Assembly: GCA_041494685.1 (NCBI GenBank)
Contig: JBGQBE010000009.1
Location: forward strand, 15,054 to 79,053
Direction: 5' to 3'
Length of the DNA stretch: 64,000 bases
DNA from: Dehalococcoidia bacterium
GTDB lineage: Bacteria > Chloroflexota > Dehalococcoidia > DSTF01 > JACRBR01
Shown here: one piece after another, positions 8,605 to 17,518 of the stretch
How the letters are laid out: every line of letters begins with the position of its first letter
Position numbering within the stretch: the first letter of the stretch is position 1
Position numbers and translations under genes: made by a program
The notes under the pieces: model-generated
The model's input: only the letters and a program-made list of their open reading frames with translations
Databases searched by the model: none
What the model was told of the DNA's origin: nothing

Positions 8605-9798
8605 ATGGCGAGGAACCCCGAAATCGTCACCATAGACCCCGACCTGGGAAGCCGGGCCGAGACGAAGCGCGCCGTGCAGCTCGCCCACTTCACCGTGGTC
8701 GGAGAGGCGGGGTACGGTGTCGAGGCGGTCACGGTGGCCAAGGAGCGCAACCCCGACGCGTTCTTGATCTCGTTCGAGGAGCCGATCGCGCTGGCGCTCC
8801 AGACGATCGAATCGCTCGCGGACGCCTTGCCCAACGCGCCGACGATCGTCTACTCGTCGCTCGCGGACGCGAACTCCGTGCGGCGGGCGATGGTGGCCGG
8901 CGCGCGGGACTACATCATCAAGCCGCTGAAGCCCGAAGACCTCAGCCGCGCCGTCTACGGCGTGCTGGAGCAGGAGGAGCGCAAGCGCCTGCGCGCCGAC
9001 GGCACGACGGCGGACGCCGTGCCGCGCGGGACCGTGATCACGGTGTTCGGGGCGAAGGGCGGCATCGGCAAGACGACGATCTCCACGAACCTGGCGACGA
9101 CGCTGGCCAAGATCACCGGCGCCAGCGTCTGCCTGCTGGACATGGACACGCGCTTCGGCGACGTGGCGATCATGATGGACATCGCGGTCGAGGCGAGCAT
9201 CGCCGACGTGGCGCGCCGCATCGATGACATCGACCGTGACAAGATCCGCGACTACCTGGTGAAGCATCACAGCGGCGTATCGATCCTGCCGGCGCCGCTG
9301 CACCCGACCGAGTGGCGGAACATGACGCCGCAGCACATCGAGAAGATCGTCGAGCTACTGGCGCAGACGCACGACTACGTGGTCATCGATACGCCCGGCA
9401 CGTTCAACGAGCTGATCGCTGCGACGTTAGAGCTGGCGAACCTGATCCTGCTGGTCACCAGCATGGACATCGCCAGCATCAAGGACACCGCGCTGGCGCT
9501 CGAGATGCTGCGGGCGGCCGGCGTGTCTGAAGACAAGGTCAAGCTGACGATCAACCACTCCACCGCGGCGAACACGCTGCGCGAGGAGGACGTATCGCGG
9601 GTGCTGGAATACGAAGTGTTCTGGCGCATCCCGCACGATCTCAGCGTGTCCAGCAGCACGCAGCTCGGCCAGCCGATTGTAATAGCGAAACCGTACGCGC
9701 GCGTATCGCGGGCCATCATCGACCTGGCGCACACGCTGACGGGGACGAAGCAGGAGAAGCGCGGGTTCCTCGACCGGTTCCTCGGTCGCTCCGCCTGA
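8605..9798 (+). CDS. cpaE: Pilus assembly ATPase CpaE/TadZ (receiver-like + MinD/ParA domain)
   Basis: Atypical receiver then GAKGGIGKTT, DMDTRFGD, VVIDTP; position between cpaB and cpaF. Confidence 0.88.
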   Translation: MARNPEIVTIDPDLGSRAETKRAVQLAHFTVVGEAGYGVEAVTVAKERNPDAFLISFEEPIALALQTIESLADALPNAPTIVYSSLADANSVRRAMVAGARDYIIKPLKPEDLSRAVYGVLEQEERKRLRADGTTADAVPRGTVITVFGAKGGIGKTTISTNLATTLAKITGASVCLLDMDTRFGDVAIMMDIAVEASIADVARRIDDIDRDKIRDYLVKHHSGVSILPAPLHPTEWRNMTPQHIEKIVELLAQTHDYVVIDTPGTFNELIAATLELANLILLVTSMDIASIKDTALALEMLRAAGVSEDKVKLTINHSTAANTLREEDVSRVLEYEVFWRIPHDLSVSSSTQLGQPIVIAKPYARVSRAIIDLAHTLTGTKQEKRGFLDRFLGRSA

Positions 9799-9820
9799 TC
9801 CACCCGTCCGGAGGGGACGC

Positions 9821-11188
9821 ATGAGTCAGTTCCAGTGGCAATCACGGAAGGCATCGGCCGGCGGCAACGCCGGCGGCAACGGCGCGTTCAGCCGCCCGGG
9901 CCAGCTCTCGCAGAACGTCGTCGCGCTGAACGAGCTGAAGTTCACGCTGCACCAGCGGCTCATCGAGGAGCTGGATCCGAACAAGCTGGAAGGCCTGGGC
10001 AAGGAGAAGGCGCGCGAGGCTGTCGAGCAGGCGGCGCGTACGCTGGTCGCGCAGGAGATGCCCGGCATCGTCGGCACCACACGCGACGAACTGGTGTCCG
10101 CCGTCGCGGACGAAGTGCTGGGCTTCGGCCCGCTGGAGCCGCTGCTGCGCGATGCGAGCATCTCGGAAGTGATGGTGAACGCGCCCGACACCGTGTTCTA
10201 CGAGAAGGAAGGCCGGCTCTACCTCAGTTCGGTCCGCTTCCGCGATGACGGGCACATCATGCGCATCGTCGAGCGCATCGTGGCGCCGCTGGGCCGCCGC
10301 GTCGACGAATCGTCGCCGATGGTGGACGCGCGCCTTCCCGACGGTTCGCGCGTGAACATCATCATCCCGCCCGTCGCGCCCAAGAGCCCGACGGTGACGA
10401 TCCGGAAGTTCCGCACCGACAAGATGACGATCAACGACCTGGTTGCGACCGGGGCGCTGACCAACGAGCTGGCGGAGTTCTTCCGCGCTTGCGTACAGGC
10501 CAAGCTCAACATCATCATCTCCGGCGGCACCGGCTCCGGTAAGACGACCATGCTCAATGCGCTGTCGGCGTTCATCCCGGACACGGAGCGCATCGTCACG
10601 ATCGAGGATCCGACGGAGCTCCAGCTCCAGCAGGGGCACGTGGTGACGCTGGAGGCGCGCCCGCCGTCGCTGGAAGGCCGCGGCGAGGTGACCCAGCGCG
10701 ATCTCGTGCGCAACTCGTTGCGTATGCGCCCCGACCGTATCATCGTCGGTGAGGTCCGCGGCGCCGAGGCGTTCGACATGCTGCAGGCCATGAACACGGG
10801 CCACGAAGGCTCGCTGGGCACGGTCCACGCCAACACCCCGCGCGACGCGCTCTCTCGTATTGAGAACATGGTGCTGATGGCGGGCTTCGAGTTGCCGGTG
10901 AAGGCGATCCGCGAGCAGATGCAGTCGGCGATCCACCTGGTGATCCAGATCGCCCGCTTCCCGGACGGTACCCGCAAGGTGACCACGGTCTCGGAAGTCT
11001 CGGGCATGGAGGGCCAGATCGTGACGATGCAGGATCTGTTCCGCTTTGAGCAGACGGGCGTCGATACCGACGGCCGCATCATGGGCGAGTTGCGCACGAC
11101 CGGGATCCGGCCGCGCTTTACCGAGAAGTTCGAAGTGTCAGGCATTCACCTGCCGTCGGACCTGTTCGCGGCCGCAGGAGGGTTCTGA
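9821..11188 (+). CDS. cpaF: Pilus assembly ATPase CpaF/TadA
   Basis: SPMVDARLPDGSRVN, GGTGSGKTT, LRMRPDRIIVGEVRG, MNTGHEGS. Confidence 0.96.
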   Translation: MSQFQWQSRKASAGGNAGGNGAFSRPGQLSQNVVALNELKFTLHQRLIEELDPNKLEGLGKEKAREAVEQAARTLVAQEMPGIVGTTRDELVSAVADEVLGFGPLEPLLRDASISEVMVNAPDTVFYEKEGRLYLSSVRFRDDGHIMRIVERIVAPLGRRVDESSPMVDARLPDGSRVNIIIPPVAPKSPTVTIRKFRTDKMTINDLVATGALTNELAEFFRACVQAKLNIIISGGTGSGKTTMLNALSAFIPDTERIVTIEDPTELQLQQGHVVTLEARPPSLEGRGEVTQRDLVRNSLRMRPDRIIVGEVRGAEAFDMLQAMNTGHEGSLGTVHANTPRDALSRIENMVLMAGFELPVKAIREQMQSAIHLVIQIARFPDGTRKVTTVSEVSGMEGQIVTMQDLFRFEQTGVDTDGRIMGELRTTGIRPRFTEKFEVSGIHLPSDLFAAAGGF

Positions 11189-11189
11189 A

Positions 11190-12170
11190 ATGTTTGGTCT
11201 CGATCCGCTGGCAGCCGTCACGGCGCTCTCCGCGATGACCACCGTCATCATCGGTCTGGTGGCGTTCTACGGCTCAGCGACTCCGCAGACGGCTGCCTTG
11301 CGCGGCCGGCTCGAAGGTCTCATGGCGGGCACGTCGGTGGTCGATGTCGGCACGCCGGGCGCGTTGCGCCAGGGCGGCCGCGAAGGCGGCGTGTTCTCGA
11401 ACCTGGCGAAGGGCAACCTCTCGGAGGCGCTCGCGCTCCAGCTCGAGCGCGCCGACCTGACGATCAGCCCCGGTGAGTACATCGCATTGCGGCTGGGTCT
11501 GGCCGCGGTCGGCTTCATCGGGCCGATGGTGTTCCTCGGCGGCGTCACCGGGCTCGTCGCGGCGCTCGTCGCGGCGCTCGTCGGCTACAACGCGCCGAAG
11601 TTCTACCTGAACCAACGCCGGCAGTCGCGCATCGACAAGCTGAACGCCCAGCTGCCCGAAGCGCTGATGATGCTCTCGAACTCGCTGAAGGCGGGATTCG
11701 GGCTGCTGCAGGCGCTGAGCACGTCGATCGAGCAGTTGAGCCACCCGCTCTCGACGGAGTTCGCCCGCACGATCCACGAGATGAACATCGGGTCCAACGC
11801 CGAAGAGGCGCTGATCGGGCTGAGCGAGCGCTCCGGCAGCTACGACCTCGACATCGTGGTGACGGCGATCCTGGTGCAGCGCACCGTCGGTGGCAACCTC
11901 GGCGAGATCCTGGACACCGTAGGGGACACGATGCGCGAGCGCATCCGTATCCGCGGCGAGATCCAGACGCTGACGGCGCAACAGAAGCTCACGGGCCTGG
12001 TGATCGGCGCGCTGCCGATCGGCGTGGGCGTGCTGTTCTCCGTGCTGAGTCCCGGATACATCGATCCGCTCTTCACGACGCTGATGGGCAAGATGATGCT
12101 CGGCGCGGCGGTGACGCTGGAGATTGTTGGGTTGCTGGTCATCCGGCGCGTACTGAACATCGAGGTGTAG
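11190..12170 (+). CDS. tadB: Tight adherence protein TadB (T2SS F family)
   Basis: QLPEAL...SLKAG, QRTVGGNLGEIL, RERIRIRGEIQTLTAQ. Confidence 0.92.
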   Translation: MFGLDPLAAVTALSAMTTVIIGLVAFYGSATPQTAALRGRLEGLMAGTSVVDVGTPGALRQGGREGGVFSNLAKGNLSEALALQLERADLTISPGEYIALRLGLAAVGFIGPMVFLGGVTGLVAALVAALVGYNAPKFYLNQRRQSRIDKLNAQLPEALMMLSNSLKAGFGLLQALSTSIEQLSHPLSTEFARTIHEMNIGSNAEEALIGLSERSGSYDLDIVVTAILVQRTVGGNLGEILDTVGDTMRERIRIRGEIQTLTAQQKLTGLVIGALPIGVGVLFSVLSPGYIDPLFTTLMGKMMLGAAVTLEIVGLLVIRRVLNIEV

Positions 12171-12171
12171 C

Positions 12172-13098
12172 GTGGACAACATGGCACTGCTGGCTGCACT
12201 CTTCCTGTTCGTGACCGTCGTGACGCTCGTGATGGCGGTGTCCGGCGGTGGGCGCGACAAGAACTCCGAAGCGGCGCGCGTCCGGCTCGAGGGCTTTAAG
12301 CGTGGCGCGGAGCCCGAGGCGGCGTCTGCCACGCGCGACGAGTTCGGTAAGCGCGTCGTCACGCCCATGTTCCATGGCGCGACGCAGGCGCTGAGCAAGC
12401 TGCTGCCGCGCTCCATGCTTGCCGGCGTCGAGAAGCAGTTGCTCACGGCCGGCGAACCGATGACGATGTCCGGCTTCCTGACGATGGTGCTCGTGTCGAC
12501 GTGCGCGTCGACGGGCTTCGGCCTCCTGCTGGTGCTCGCGATGGGAACGTCGATCGGCATGATGCAGATCGGCATCTTCGGCGTGATGAGCCTGATCGGT
12601 TTCTACATGCCGTTCTACCTCATCAAGTCGCGCGCCAGGCAGCGACAGACCGCGATCATCAAGAGTCTGGCCGATGCGTTCGACCTGATCACCACGTGCG
12701 TCGAGGCCGGACTCGGCCTGGACGCGGCGCTCGCTCGCGTCGCGGAGAAGGTCGCGGGCCCGTTTTCGCAGGAACTCAACCGGGCCCTGCGGGACGTCGC
12801 GCTCGGCAAGTCGCGCCGCGATGCCCTGAAGGAGCTGGGCCAGCGGACCGGCGTGCCGGACCTGATCCAGTTCACGAACGCGGTCATCCAGGCCGAGGCC
12901 ATGGGCTCTTCGATCGGCACGGTGCTGCGCGTGCAGTCGGACCAGCTCCGCGTGCGGCGCCGCCAGCGCGCGGAGGAGGCGGCGTACAAGGCGCCGGTGA
13001 AGATGCTCTTCCCGCTGGTGCTGTGCATCTTCCCGACGCTCTTCATCGTCATCCTGGGTCCGGCAGTGATCACGATCATGAACGACTTCCCCAAGTAA
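12172..13098 (+). CDS. tadC: Tight adherence protein TadC
   Basis: DLITTCVEAGLGLDAAL, RAEEAAYKAPVKMLFPLVLCIFP. Confidence 0.93.
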   Translation: MDNMALLAALFLFVTVVTLVMAVSGGGRDKNSEAARVRLEGFKRGAEPEAASATRDEFGKRVVTPMFHGATQALSKLLPRSMLAGVEKQLLTAGEPMTMSGFLTMVLVSTCASTGFGLLLVLAMGTSIGMMQIGIFGVMSLIGFYMPFYLIKSRARQRQTAIIKSLADAFDLITTCVEAGLGLDAALARVAEKVAGPFSQELNRALRDVALGKSRRDALKELGQRTGVPDLIQFTNAVIQAEAMGSSIGTVLRVQSDQLRVRRRQRAEEAAYKAPVKMLFPLVLCIFPTLFIVILGPAVITIMNDFPK

Positions 13099-13124
13099 GC
13101 CGGCAGCGCGAGATTCGCGATGCA

Positions 13125-13160
13125 TACGGGCCGCCGACGTGGCGGCCCGTATCTTCTTGT
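13125..13160 (+). terminator. Intrinsic terminator after tadC
   Basis: TACGGGCCGCC-gacgt-GGCGGCCCGTA stem followed by TCTTCTTGT. Confidence 0.7.
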
Positions 13161-13238
13161 CGGGCCCAACACCACTGCCCGGCGCGCGATCCTGCTAGGA
13201 TGGCGGCGAAGACATCACGCTATTTCGCAGGAGGACCC

Positions 13239-13553
13239 ATGTTCATCGCGATGAACCAGTTCAAGGTCGTCGAAGGAAAGGAGGGCGCGTTCGAGGAGAT
13301 CTGGAAGACGCGGGAGACGCATCTGAACGGCGTCCCCGGCTTCGTCCGCTTCGCGCTGCTGCGCGGCGATACCCCGGGCGAGTACCTCAGCCACAGCACG
13401 TGGCAGAGCCGCGAGGCGTTCATGGCATGGACGCAGAGCGATGCGTTCGTAGCCGGGCATCGGCAGGGGAACTCCCTGATGGGCGTGCTGGCCGGCCCGC
13501 CGCAGGTGCGGACATACGAGGCGGTCATCGAGCAGGAGTTCGCGACGGCGTAG
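13239..13553 (+). CDS. Antibiotic biosynthesis monooxygenase (ABM/IsdG-like)
   Basis: MFIAMNQFKV..G.E.AFE, VPGFVRF.LL, WQSREAFMAWTQSDAF..GH; GGAGGA RBS. Confidence 0.88.
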   Translation: MFIAMNQFKVVEGKEGAFEEIWKTRETHLNGVPGFVRFALLRGDTPGEYLSHSTWQSREAFMAWTQSDAFVAGHRQGNSLMGVLAGPPQVRTYEAVIEQEFATA

Positions 13554-13590
13554 CGGCCGTCGCGCTCCGTCATGCTTGGGAGGGACGGGC

Positions 13591-14634
13591 GTGATCGTCG
13601 GCGGTCTGGGCGACCTGCACCGGTTGCGCGATGCGCGGCGCGGCCGCGCGTCGTCGTGGGATACGACGGGCGGCAACGCCGACTTCTGGCTCATGCAGCC
13701 GGGTGAGACGCGCTCGCTCGCCGACCTGCGCGGCCCCGGCTGCGTGCGTCACATCTGGATGACGCTCGCCTCGCGCGAGGGAGCGTACCCGCGGCGCGGC
13801 GTCATCCGCATGTACTGGGACGGCTCCGCCACGCCCTGCGTCGAAGTGCCGGTCGGCGATTTCTTCGGCGTCGGGCACGGCATGCTGGCCGACTTCGCGT
13901 CGCTGCCGCTGACGATGAGCCCGCGCGACGGGCGCGGCTTCAACTGCTTCTTCCCGATGCCGTACAACGAGCGCGCCCGCATCGAGTTCTCGAACGAGGG
14001 CGAGCGCAGGCTCGTCTGTTACTTCTACGTGGACTATGAGGAGTATCCGGCGACGCAGGACGGCGTCGCATCGTTCCACGCGCAGTGGCGGCGTGAGAAC
14101 CCGACCGACGGCTGGGGCCGCACCGGCAAGCCGCACGACGACCAGGAGCGCGCCGCGGCGTGGAAGACGCCGAACCTCGACGGCGCGTGCAACTACGTGA
14201 TCCTGGAGGCGCAGGGCCGCGGCCATTACGTCGGCTGCAACCTGAACATCGACGTCTTCGAGCGCCAGCAGAACGACTGGTACGGCGAAGGCGACGACAT
14301 GATCTGGATCGACGGCGAGCTGGTGCTTCGGGGCACTGGCACGGAGGACTACTTCAACACGGCCTTCAGCCCCGTCACGGCGTTCAGCGCGCCGTACCAC
14401 GGGCTGCCGGTGTACTCCGGCACGGAGGAGTGGCCGTGGTCGGGCAAGAACTCGATGTACCGCTGGCACATCGAGGACCCCGTCCATTTCCGCGAGTCGA
14501 TCCGCGTGACGATCGAGCACGGCCACGCCAACGATCTCTCGAACGACTACAGCAGCACGGCGTACTGGTACCAGACGGAGCCGCATGTACCGTTCCCGCC
14601 GCTGTTGCCCGTGGCACAGCGCCTGCCGCGATAG
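13591..14634 (+). CDS. DUF2961 family (GH172-like) glycoside hydrolase
   Basis: GPGCVRHIW, VEVPVGDFFG, NCFFPMP, WYGEGDDMIWIDG, GTGTEDYFN, SSTAYWYQ. Confidence 0.85.
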   Translation: MIVGGLGDLHRLRDARRGRASSWDTTGGNADFWLMQPGETRSLADLRGPGCVRHIWMTLASREGAYPRRGVIRMYWDGSATPCVEVPVGDFFGVGHGMLADFASLPLTMSPRDGRGFNCFFPMPYNERARIEFSNEGERRLVCYFYVDYEEYPATQDGVASFHAQWRRENPTDGWGRTGKPHDDQERAAAWKTPNLDGACNYVILEAQGRGHYVGCNLNIDVFERQQNDWYGEGDDMIWIDGELVLRGTGTEDYFNTAFSPVTAFSAPYHGLPVYSGTEEWPWSGKNSMYRWHIEDPVHFRESIRVTIEHGHANDLSNDYSSTAYWYQTEPHVPFPPLLPVAQRLPR

Positions 14635-14640
14635 CAGCGC

Positions 14641-15690
14641 CTACCGCGCTTCCGGCAGCGGGAGCGCGCCGTCTCCGGCCGTACGCGCGGTGCGCTTGCG
14701 GGCGGTGCCCACCTTGCGCAGCGGCTTCGCCGGCGCGCTGTAGATGCGCGCGATGCGCACGGCCTCCTGCCGCAGCTCGTCGCGCAGCGCGGCCGGCGCC
14801 AGCACCTCGACGGCGTCGCCCCAGCCGCGCACCCAGCGCCCGACCTCCATCGTGCTGGCGACGCGTAGCGTCAGCACGCAGCTGCCGTCGGCCAGATCCT
14901 CGATGTCCTGCGTCGGGTGCCAGCGCGACTCCTTGACCCGCCAGACGATGTCCGGCCGGAAGCGCAGCTTCACCTCCACGCCCTCGCCCCAGATGATCCC
15001 CCACGCAGAAGCGAGCAGGCTGTCCACGTCCAGGTCGTCGGGCAGCTCGAAGTGCTCCGGCAGCATGTCGGCCGAGACGATGCGCTCCACCTTGAACGTG
15101 CGGATCTGCTCGTGCGTCTTCGAGTAGCCGATGAGGTAGGTGGAGAAGCCGGCGGCGCTCGGCTCCAGGAAGTACGGCAGCACGATCACTTCCTTCGGGC
15201 GCTGCTTGCCCGCGGAGCGATAGCTCAGGCGCAGCGCGCGCTGGCGCGCCCAGGCGTCAGTGACGGTGCTGAGGTTCCGCGTGAAGTCCGCGTCCAGCGG
15301 GCGCTCGCTGACCGCGCGGGCCGCCGCTTCCACCTGCGGCTTGACCGTGTGCGGCATGATTCGGGCGATCTTCTCCAGCGCCGACGCCGCGAACGCGTCC
15401 GCCTCGTCGCTGTAGCGCAGGAACAGCCGCGTAGCGATCAGCATCGCCCGCGCCTCGTGCAGCGAGAGGCTGAGCGATGGCAGCCGCTCGGGCTGCATGA
15501 TCGAGTAGCGGTTCTTCGCGACGACCAGCGGCACGCCCTCGTCCGCCTCGATGTCGTTGAGGTCGCGCTGGATCGAACGCTTGTGCATGCCGGTCATGCG
15601 CGCCAGCTCTTCCACGGTGTAGCCGGCGCGGCGGCCGCGCAGGAGGTCCTTGATCTGGTTGAGGCGCGTCGCGCGCTTCATGGCGTTCAT
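14641..15690 (-). CDS. WYL-domain transcriptional regulator (HTH-WYL-WCX; PafC/DriD-like)
   Basis: HTH (TVEELARMTGMHKRSIQRDL), YLIGY...IRTFKVERI, WHPTQ, WGDAVEVLAPAALR; start may be 15681. Confidence 0.92.
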   Translation of the reverse strand: MNAMKRATRLNQIKDLLRGRRAGYTVEELARMTGMHKRSIQRDLNDIEADEGVPLVVAKNRYSIMQPERLPSLSLSLHEARAMLIATRLFLRYSDEADAFAASALEKIARIMPHTVKPQVEAAARAVSERPLDADFTRNLSTVTDAWARQRALRLSYRSAGKQRPKEVIVLPYFLEPSAAGFSTYLIGYSKTHEQIRTFKVERIVSADMLPEHFELPDDLDVDSLLASAWGIIWGEGVEVKLRFRPDIVWRVKESRWHPTQDIEDLADGSCVLTLRVASTMEVGRWVRGWGDAVEVLAPAALRDELRQEAVRIARIYSAPAKPLRKVGTARKRTARTAGDGALPLPEAR

Positions 15691-15750
15691 ATTGGCCCCA
15701 TCGTACTGCCGGAGCGGCCGCACCGGAAAGCCGTCCGTTGGCGACGGAGA

Positions 15751-15767
15751 CTGTCGCGCAGCCGTCG
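15751..15767. promoter_or_regulatory. Putative WYL-regulator operator
   Basis: Perfect inverted repeat GCGAC-N7-GTCGC between the WYL gene and the divergent small ORF. Confidence 0.6.
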
Positions 15768-15808
15768 TAGGCTCCCCTCATCGCAACGTCGGAATACGGA
15801 GGTGAGCC

Positions 15809-16066
15809 ATGCAAGTACAGGAACGGGCGGCCGAATTCGCCTACGAGATCGGCGAGGAGGTCGTGGCCCGGCTGGGCGGCGCGCGAGTCCTCGACGTGGA
15901 GCGCGGCGTTGAGCTGCCGGACGGCTGCGCACCGGACTGGACGATCTGCGCCGTGATCGGGCGCGTCGAGCGGCGCGGCCGGCGGGGCTACGTGCTCCGC
16001 TTCCGCCGCCACGGCGACGCATGCGTCAGCGTCGTGCCGGAAGCCGTGATCGAGGGCGTCGCGTGA
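15809..16066 (+). CDS. Small hypothetical protein (85 aa)
   Basis: Strong RBS GGAGGTGA, genome-like codon usage, fills gap exactly; no family recognised. Confidence 0.75.
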   Translation: MQVQERAAEFAYEIGEEVVARLGGARVLDVERGVELPDGCAPDWTICAVIGRVERRGRRGYVLRFRRHGDACVSVVPEAVIEGVA

Positions 16067-16069
16067 CGG

Positions 16070-17473
16070 CTACGCGTCCTCGCGCCAGCGCACCTCGAAG
16101 ACGCGCACCGGATCCTCGAAGCCCTTGAGATCGGCGATGCCGCGGTCGGCGAAGAGGAAACCCTTTCCCGCGACGAGATGCCGGACGCCTTCCGGGATCA
16201 GGATCTGGCCCGGCTCGCCGAAGTCGCAGACGCGGCGCGCGAGCTGCACGGCCGTGCCGAACAGGTCCTCGCCCTCGAAGACCGGCTCGCCGGCGTTCAG
16301 CCCGATGCGCACGTGGACCTGCTCGCCGGGGTTCGCGCGGTTGTGCTCTTCGAAGGCGCGCTGGATCGCCACCGCGCACTCGACGCCGGCGGATGCGGTC
16401 AGGAACGACGCCATCATGCCGTCGCCGGTGTGCTTGACGAGCGTGCCCTGGTTCGATGCCAGCGCGTCGTTGACGATCGCGTTGTGCAGCCGGACCAGCT
16501 CCTGCGCGCCACTGTCGCCCAGCCGCTGCGTCAGCGCCGTCGAACCCTCGATGTCCGTGAACATGATCGTGCGGAATCCGCCGACGGGGACCGCCGTGCT
16601 GCCGCCGGCCGGCGCCGGCTGGTGCAGGTGCCGCTGCGCGGACGAGCGCGCCGGGTCGACGCCCAGGAACTCGTTGATCGCGTCGAGCGTCGGACGCATC
16701 TCGCCGACGTACGGTGAGAGCGACTTGCCCTCCACGATCTTCAGGCGCGCGTTCGGGATGCCCGCCGCCAGCCGGCGCGCGACGTTCATGTCGAGCGCCG
16801 CGAAGTCGCGGCGGTGCAGCACCAGCGTCGGCACCGTGATCTGCGGCAGCAGGTCCTCGACGTTCGTCTCCGCCTGCAGGTCCATGCACCGCGCCGCCGC
16901 GTCGGCGTCCATCGCCTGCTGCATGTACTGCGCGAAGCGGTGCGCCGACGGGCCCTCGTCCCAGCCGAAGATCGTGTGCGCCAGCGTCTCGCTGAACAGC
17001 TCGTAGTTGACCGAGAGCAGCGGCCGGAGCGCGTCGGCCACGGGGCCGCTCTGCGGCGTGTTGATCTGTGAAGCGAACGCGCACCAGAGCACGAGGTGCG
17101 ACACCCGCCGCGGATGCCTCGCCGCGTAGGCGATCGCCGCGCGGCCCGAGCCGTAGCAACCGTAGAGCGCGAACCGCTCCAGCTCCAGGCGGTCGACCAC
17201 CGCTTCGAGGTCGCGGACGGCGGCGTCGAGCGAGCCGTCGATGACGGCGTCGCGGTCGGAGAGCCCGGAACCGCGGTTGTCATAACGCACGACGCGCAGG
17301 TTTTCGGTCAGGTGCTCGTACCAGTGGCGCCACTCCGGGATCTGCCACTCCAGTTCGATGTGGCTCCACGGCATCGCGGGCGGCGGACAGACGAGCGGCA
17401 GCCCGCTGCCGATCGACCAGTAGGCGATGCTGACGCCGTCAGACGTGGTGGCGTATTGGACGCGCGGCTCCAT
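16070..17473 (-). CDS. Alpha/beta-hydrolase fold + class III adenylate/guanylate cyclase fusion (LipJ-like)
   Basis: VRYDNRGSGLSD; TIMFTDIEGST, VKHTGDG, VRIGLNAGE, LFGTAVQLARR, LKGFEDPV. Confidence 0.9.
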   Translation of the reverse strand: MEPRVQYATTSDGVSIAYWSIGSGLPLVCPPPAMPWSHIELEWQIPEWRHWYEHLTENLRVVRYDNRGSGLSDRDAVIDGSLDAAVRDLEAVVDRLELERFALYGCYGSGRAAIAYAARHPRRVSHLVLWCAFASQINTPQSGPVADALRPLLSVNYELFSETLAHTIFGWDEGPSAHRFAQYMQQAMDADAAARCMDLQAETNVEDLLPQITVPTLVLHRRDFAALDMNVARRLAAGIPNARLKIVEGKSLSPYVGEMRPTLDAINEFLGVDPARSSAQRHLHQPAPAGGSTAVPVGGFRTIMFTDIEGSTALTQRLGDSGAQELVRLHNAIVNDALASNQGTLVKHTGDGMMASFLTASAGVECAVAIQRAFEEHNRANPGEQVHVRIGLNAGEPVFEGEDLFGTAVQLARRVCDFGEPGQILIPEGVRHLVAGKGFLFADRGIADLKGFEDPVRVFEVRWREDA

Positions 17474-17518
17474 GCATCCATCGTACCGCAAGCCGGGCGC
17501 CGGGCGTGCAATGGGATC

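Noticed and set aside
12501-13238. 350-aa ORF suggesting a long N-terminal extension of the ABM protein
   Set aside because: Overlaps tadC and its terminator; real start is ATG 13239 with GGAGGA RBS
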